This document shows positions 59,095 through 64,000 of a stretch of 64,000 nt of DNA, in pieces; within the stretch, counting starts at the first letter, position 1, and each line of letters starts with the position of its first letter. The DNA is from an uncultured Bacteroidales bacterium (GTDB lineage Bacteria > Bacteroidota > Bacteroidia > Bacteroidales > UBA10428): assembly GCA_964534745.1 (NCBI GenBank), contig CAZHQW010000004.1, forward strand, positions 25,376-89,375, written 5' to 3'. The notes below the pieces were generated by a model. That model worked only from the letters and a program-made list of their open reading frames with translations, did not search any database and was not told where the DNA came from. The translations under genes and the position numbers were made by a program.

Positions 59095-61719
59095 ATGGTA
59101 AGAGTCGCTATATCAATCCTTTTCTCGTTAGCTGTAATATCCGGGATATATAGCCAAAAAAAAATATACACTACAAAAAGGATAACTTCTGATCCACCCC
59201 GTATAGACGGCATCATTGATGAAGGTTCATGGGACGCGGTTGAGTGGGGCGGGGATTTTATACAGCGAAAACCCTATGAAAAGAGACCTCCCTCACAGCA
59301 GACCGTCTTTAAAATAATATATGATGATGAAAACCTGTACATAGCCATCCGGTGCTTTGATACGTCGCCCGATAGTATCGTAAGGCGCATGTCAAGGCGC
59401 GACGGGTATGAAGGTGATTATGTGGGAATTTATATTGACAGTTACCATGACCTGCGCACTGCTTACGAATTCAGTGTAACCGTTTCAGGAGTGAAGGGAG
59501 ATGCCTCAGTCACCAATGATAACAATTGGGACTATAGCTGGGATCCGATATGGTATGTCAAGACAGGTACGGACAGCCTGGGGTGGACGGCAGAGATGTG
59601 TATTCCGCTGACACAGCTGCGCTTCAGTCTTCAGGATGAATATTTATGGGGACTGCAGGTTAACAGAAGGCTGTACAGAAAAGAGGAAATGTCGAGCTGG
59701 CAGTTTATTTCGCCCAACGCTCCCGGATGGGTGCATAACTTCGGAGAACTGCATGGAATCAGAAATATAAGGCCACGGAAGCAAAAAGACATTGTTCCCT
59801 ATGTTGTTGGCCGCTATGAGCATTATGAAAAAGAGGAAGGCAATCCTTTTGCCGACGGCCGCGACATGATGGCAACAGCAGGTATTGACGGGAAAATAGG
59901 AGTCACAAATAACCTGACCCTGGATTTTACTGTTAATCCGGATTTCGGACAGGTGGAAGCCGACCCTTCGGAGGTCAACCTTACGACCTTTGAAACAAAA
60001 TTTGAGGACAAGCGCCCTTTTTTCATTGAAGGCAGCGATATACTGAGCTATGATTTTCTGCCTGAAGGAAGCCACCTGTCAAATGATAACCTGTTTTATT
60101 CAAGGAGAATAGGGAACCCACCCTCACGTGAGCTCGACCTGCCTGACAGTGCATATGAAGAGACAATTAAAAGCACAACAATACTGGGAGCCCTAAAGCT
60201 CACGGGCAAGACCCGCAGCGGATGGTCAATAGGTGTACTCGAAAGTCTTACGCAAAAGGAAGTGGCTGAAGTCCAGGAATACGGGCAGATAAGGAAAGAA
60301 GAAATGGAACCTTTCACCAGCTATTTTGCTGCAAGGGTGCAGAAGGAAATGAACAATTCAAATACAAGGCTGGGTGCGATGGTTACTGCAGCAAACCGTG
60401 ATCTGTCCGACCCTGAACTTGACAAAATTATGAACCGTGCTGGATATACCGGGGGTATCAACTTTAATCACCAATGGAAAGACAAAACATACTATTTTGA
60501 TGTAATGGCAGGATTCAGCCGTCTTAAAGGCAGTGAAAATGCTATTTACGAGATACAGACCTCGGCTCCCCATTTCTTCCAGCGCACCGATGCCCCCCAT
60601 TTAAAGGCCGATTCCACATTAACCTCTCTTAACGGAATCGGCGGAACAATGCAGTACGGGCGTGCAGGCAACAGTAAACTGCAGTATGTAGTATTGCTAA
60701 CCTGGCGCAGCCCCGGGTTTGAACTCAATGATATAGGTTACCTCCATAATGATGACGAGATACAGGAGGTGGTATGGATGGGTTATTTTCAAAACGAACC
60801 TTTCAGCATATTCAGAAATCTTAACCTTAACATTGCCCAATGGTACGGACTGACATTCGGTGGAGAAAGAAAGTACCTGGGAGGTTCTTTTGACGCATAC
60901 TGTGATTTTAAAAACTTCTGGGAGCTGGGAGCCGGAGTGGCACGGGGCGGAAAATTTATTCAGACAGAGGCACTCAGAGGAGGTCCGTCACTGCTAAATG
61001 ACGGCGACACACAAATATTTTCATACCTTGAGACAGACCACAGGAAGAAAATCAGGTTCAGTATTAATAATATCTTATATATCCTTGATCATAATACAGC
61101 GTTCGGTGAGTATTATAGTATAGGTATGACAGTTCAAATATCGGATGCACTTAATTTTTCGGTCGCCCCTACCTGGCAGAAATCAGACAATAAAATTGCC
61201 TATGTTGACAATGTCGACTACATGGAGGGACAAAGATATGTAAGGGGTAATCTTGACCGCACAGAGGCGAGTATGGTTTTAAGGCTTAACTATAACATAT
61301 CTCCGGACTTCACCGTTCAGTATTACGGGATGCCCTTTATATCGGCAGGCAGATACTGCGAACTTAAATATATAAGCGATTCAAAAGCCGAAGATATAAA
61401 TGACCGCTATGTCATGTACACAGAAGGCCAGATGACGCTGGACGGGATAAACAATATTTATAACATTGATGAAGATAGTGACGGGGTCGTTGACTATTCG
61501 TTTGATAATCCGGACTTCAATCATTTTGATTTTAACTCCAATCTTGTCATAAGGTGGGAGTATTTGCCGGGATCAATACTTTACCTCGTATGGTCGCAAA
61601 ACAGGTTTGATGAAAGTACCGACGGCCGCTTTTCTCTTATGAATGACATGAAGGAGCTTTTCAGGATCTATCCCCACGATATTTTTCTGATCAAGCTGTC
61701 GTACCGTTTTGCTTTATAG
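59095..61719 (+). CDS. DUF5916 protein (CBM9-like N-terminus plus outer-membrane barrel)
   Basis: PP.IDG, WD..W, W.AE..IP..QLRF, DFT.NPDFGQVEADP, F.DKRPFF.EG, FLIKLSYRF end. Confidence 0.88.
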   Translation: MVRVAISILFSLAVISGIYSQKKIYTTKRITSDPPRIDGIIDEGSWDAVEWGGDFIQRKPYEKRPPSQQTVFKIIYDDENLYIAIRCFDTSPDSIVRRMSRRDGYEGDYVGIYIDSYHDLRTAYEFSVTVSGVKGDASVTNDNNWDYSWDPIWYVKTGTDSLGWTAEMCIPLTQLRFSLQDEYLWGLQVNRRLYRKEEMSSWQFISPNAPGWVHNFGELHGIRNIRPRKQKDIVPYVVGRYEHYEKEEGNPFADGRDMMATAGIDGKIGVTNNLTLDFTVNPDFGQVEADPSEVNLTTFETKFEDKRPFFIEGSDILSYDFLPEGSHLSNDNLFYSRRIGNPPSRELDLPDSAYEETIKSTTILGALKLTGKTRSGWSIGVLESLTQKEVAEVQEYGQIRKEEMEPFTSYFAARVQKEMNNSNTRLGAMVTAANRDLSDPELDKIMNRAGYTGGINFNHQWKDKTYYFDVMAGFSRLKGSENAIYEIQTSAPHFFQRTDAPHLKADSTLTSLNGIGGTMQYGRAGNSKLQYVVLLTWRSPGFELNDIGYLHNDDEIQEVVWMGYFQNEPFSIFRNLNLNIAQWYGLTFGGERKYLGGSFDAYCDFKNFWELGAGVARGGKFIQTEALRGGPSLLNDGDTQIFSYLETDHRKKIRFSINNILYILDHNTAFGEYYSIGMTVQISDALNFSVAPTWQKSDNKIAYVDNVDYMEGQRYVRGNLDRTEASMVLRLNYNISPDFTVQYYGMPFISAGRYCELKYISDSKAEDINDRYVMYTEGQMTLDGINNIYNIDEDSDGVVDYSFDNPDFNHFDFNSNLVIRWEYLPGSILYLVWSQNRFDESTDGRFSLMNDMKELFRIYPHDIFLIKLSYRFAL

Positions 61720-61728
61720 GAAAAAAGT

Positions 61729-61736
61729 TATATTTG
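61729..61736 (+). promoter_or_regulatory. Bacteroidota -7 promoter box
   Basis: TATATTTG ending 25 nt before ATG 61762. Confidence 0.6.
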
Positions 61737-61761
61737 TTTTTATAATCTAATCCGGACATAT

Positions 61762-64000
61762 ATGAAGAAATTTTTCCTTGTTCTAATGGTGACCGGACTT
61801 TGTTTCAGTAGCCACGCTAAAATGCAACAAACAAACGGGCATTTCAAATATAACGGTGTCACACCGCCGGTCGTTAATATTGATCCGGATACAATTGACG
61901 GAGAAGGTATTGTAGCAATTGAGCTTACAATCACCGGTAACATTGAAGATTTTGACTTTGGGTATATTATAATTAATAATCCAGATGATGAGACAGCCTA
62001 TGAGTATTACTTTTATGATTGGGATTTAATGGGAAATATGGTTAGCACTGACTATGAAATCTCGAAGTATGACCTGTCCGGTTACTGGTATGTTGATCAT
62101 ATAACACTGTATTATTACACAGCCGATTACCAGTCTTTTTACAAGGACGATATTAACAGTGGATTTGAGGTAATAAACACAACACCCGATACCGTTCCTC
62201 CGCAAATAACGTATTTTTCGTTATCAAGGGATACTGTATATCCCGGTGATACAGCATTGATTACAATGGAGATTGAAGACACACTGTCCGGTCTCTATTA
62301 CTGCTATGAAGCAATTTATGATACCCTTTATAATATATATTATTATGATTATGAGGACTTGGAGGGAGAAAAAACAAAAACAATAAATATCGAGTATATC
62401 CCAGGCAAATTTGAAAATTCCGGACCAAGAAGAATAAATATTGAAATATATGATATTATTGGTAATTCAAAGTTGTATAATGAAGATAGCCTTGGATTCG
62501 GACTTGTTGTGAGCGGCACAGTTACAGATGTATTACCACCTGTTTTAAAAAGCGCAGATATTGTCAACAATTCACCGAATGACACAATACTCCTTGATCT
62601 GGTTATGGTTGACGATATAGCAGGCATCAGCAGTTTTTATGTATATATATACGATTTTGCGGATAACAATTATTATTTTCAGTATGATGACTTTACACGC
62701 GTGAATGATTCTTTGTACAGGTTCAATATTATTGACAAATATCCTTATATGCAGTCAGGTAATTATTTATTAAATGTGGACCTCGAAGATTCGGTGTATA
62801 ATTACAGTTATTATGAGTCATTCACCATACTTTCAATTATAAATGTCAATTCAGATAGCGAGCCCCCGTCCCTCGTATCGGCAGAATTCGATAAAGACAC
62901 GCTGATTTCAGGTGATGTCATCACCCTGCAGATAACGGTGTCGGATAATAAATCGGGCATAAATTATATTGAAGGAGAGATCACCAATACTGAAGACGGG
63001 AGAAACGGTATCTGGTTTGATGAATATATAGACGAACATGGTATTACAGAATATACATATAAAAAATCATTTACCCTGTCGGAATTTGGTCCGGGAGGAG
63101 AGTGGAAGCTGAGTTACCTTCATTTCAATGACCATGCATACCTGAACTATGAGCAATACGGTAACCTGCCTTCATTCTACTATTACCCTAAATATATAGA
63201 TGATGAGCCCCCTGTATTTTACGGTATCTCCTTTAATCCGTCTACGGTCAATGCCGGTGATACGGTAGTCGCAACAATCCTTGCTTCAGATAACCTGTCC
63301 GGTGTAGACAAATTTGACTATTACGACGCGCTGAGCGACCGCAATTATTTTATTGGTGGCAGGGAATGGACTATGACCGGATCAAACACCTACCAGTCAG
63401 TTATACCTATAAACGAGTATGCTCCTGCAGAAAACGTATGGTATGAGCTATACAGCATAAGCGATAAAGCCGGGAACAAACTTTATCTTGACGAAGAAGG
63501 ACTTGCCTTTAAAATCATAAATGAAGGTCTGGCAGATGATACACCCCCGGTTTTCGACTCACTGCATATATCAAAGATTGTCCTCGGACAGGAGGATACG
63601 CTTGAACTTGTCTTTTATTACCATGATGATTTATCAGGCATTGATCCAACATTTTTGTATGCTGTTTTTAATATAGCAGAAAAAGAAAGCGAATACGATG
63701 ATTATTTTGATCTTATACTTATTCCTGACTCAGCAGGGGAAAACTCATGTGAGATCAGACTTCTTGCCCGAGACCTCGGTCCGGGCCATTACCAGTTATA
63801 CTCAATGTTTATAGTTGACAGGACAGGCAATCTGCTTGATCCCGAGGAAACGGACTATACCGATATGAACTATACCTTTGAGATCACGGGTGAATATAAA
63901 CCTGATAATGATGCTCCGGTTTTAAATGGTATATCAGTATATCCTGAAATTGCAGAACCCGGTGATACCGTGAGCATTGAGCTGGAAGTGTTTGAAGAAG
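61762..64000 (+). CDS. large exported acidic protein with tandem Ig-like repeats (partial, runs off the window)
   Basis: Translated by hand: 746 codons with no stop; signal peptide MKKFFLVLMVTGLCFSSHA; absent from the ORF track because it has no stop in the window. Confidence 0.88.
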   Translation, partial: MKKFFLVLMVTGLCFSSHAKMQQTNGHFKYNGVTPPVVNIDPDTIDGEGIVAIELTITGNIEDFDFGYIIINNPDDETAYEYYFYDWDLMGNMVSTDYEISKYDLSGYWYVDHITLYYYTADYQSFYKDDINSGFEVINTTPDTVPPQITYFSLSRDTVYPGDTALITMEIEDTLSGLYYCYEAIYDTLYNIYYYDYEDLEGEKTKTINIEYIPGKFENSGPRRINIEIYDIIGNSKLYNEDSLGFGLVVSGTVTDVLPPVLKSADIVNNSPNDTILLDLVMVDDIAGISSFYVYIYDFADNNYYFQYDDFTRVNDSLYRFNIIDKYPYMQSGNYLLNVDLEDSVYNYSYYESFTILSIINVNSDSEPPSLVSAEFDKDTLISGDVITLQITVSDNKSGINYIEGEITNTEDGRNGIWFDEYIDEHGITEYTYKKSFTLSEFGPGGEWKLSYLHFNDHAYLNYEQYGNLPSFYYYPKYIDDEPPVFYGISFNPSTVNAGDTVVATILASDNLSGVDKFDYYDALSDRNYFIGGREWTMTGSNTYQSVIPINEYAPAENVWYELYSISDKAGNKLYLDEEGLAFKIINEGLADDTPPVFDSLHISKIVLGQEDTLELVFYYHDDLSGIDPTFLYAVFNIAEKESEYDDYFDLILIPDSAGENSCEIRLLARDLGPGHYQLYSMFIVDRTGNLLDPEETDYTDMNYTFEITGEYKPDNDAPVLNGISVYPEIAEPGDTVSIELEVFEE

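Noticed and set aside
1-64000. CRISPR array, integrase, transposase, reverse transcriptase or prophage
   Set aside because: No regularly spaced repeat-spacer array and no matching protein motifs seen

Overview
AT-rich chromosomal segment of a Bacteroidota bacterium (Bacteroidales-like: TAnnTTTG promoter boxes, bat operon, T9SS sorting domains, HTCS-type sensor). No integrase, transposase, phage gene or CRISPR array was recognised. Contents: SDR and two outer-membrane genes; tRNA-Lys followed by a nested inverted-repeat cluster, GH43 and CotH; a signalling cluster at 7-14 kb; cstA/usp; a complete moxR-DUF58-batABCDE operon; truA; a long minus-strand run argS-ffh-folD-GH84-like-TPR-comA-SprB/T9SS-DUF368-aroE; a cobalamin/iron-type ABC transporter coupled to a protein with 12 repeats of about 64 aa; and a plus-strand glycan/surface cluster ending in an ORF that runs off the window and is missing from the ORF track. 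The best candidate for an undescribed system is the 7-14 kb cluster. It combines a Crp/Fnr regulator with three nearby intergenic TGAT-N4-ATCA boxes, an unknown 73-aa gene, three single-domain receivers, a membrane GAF-3xPAS sensor with no output domain, and a hybrid kinase with substitutions in its ATP-binding motifs. All family assignments come from motif recognition by eye; no database search was run.
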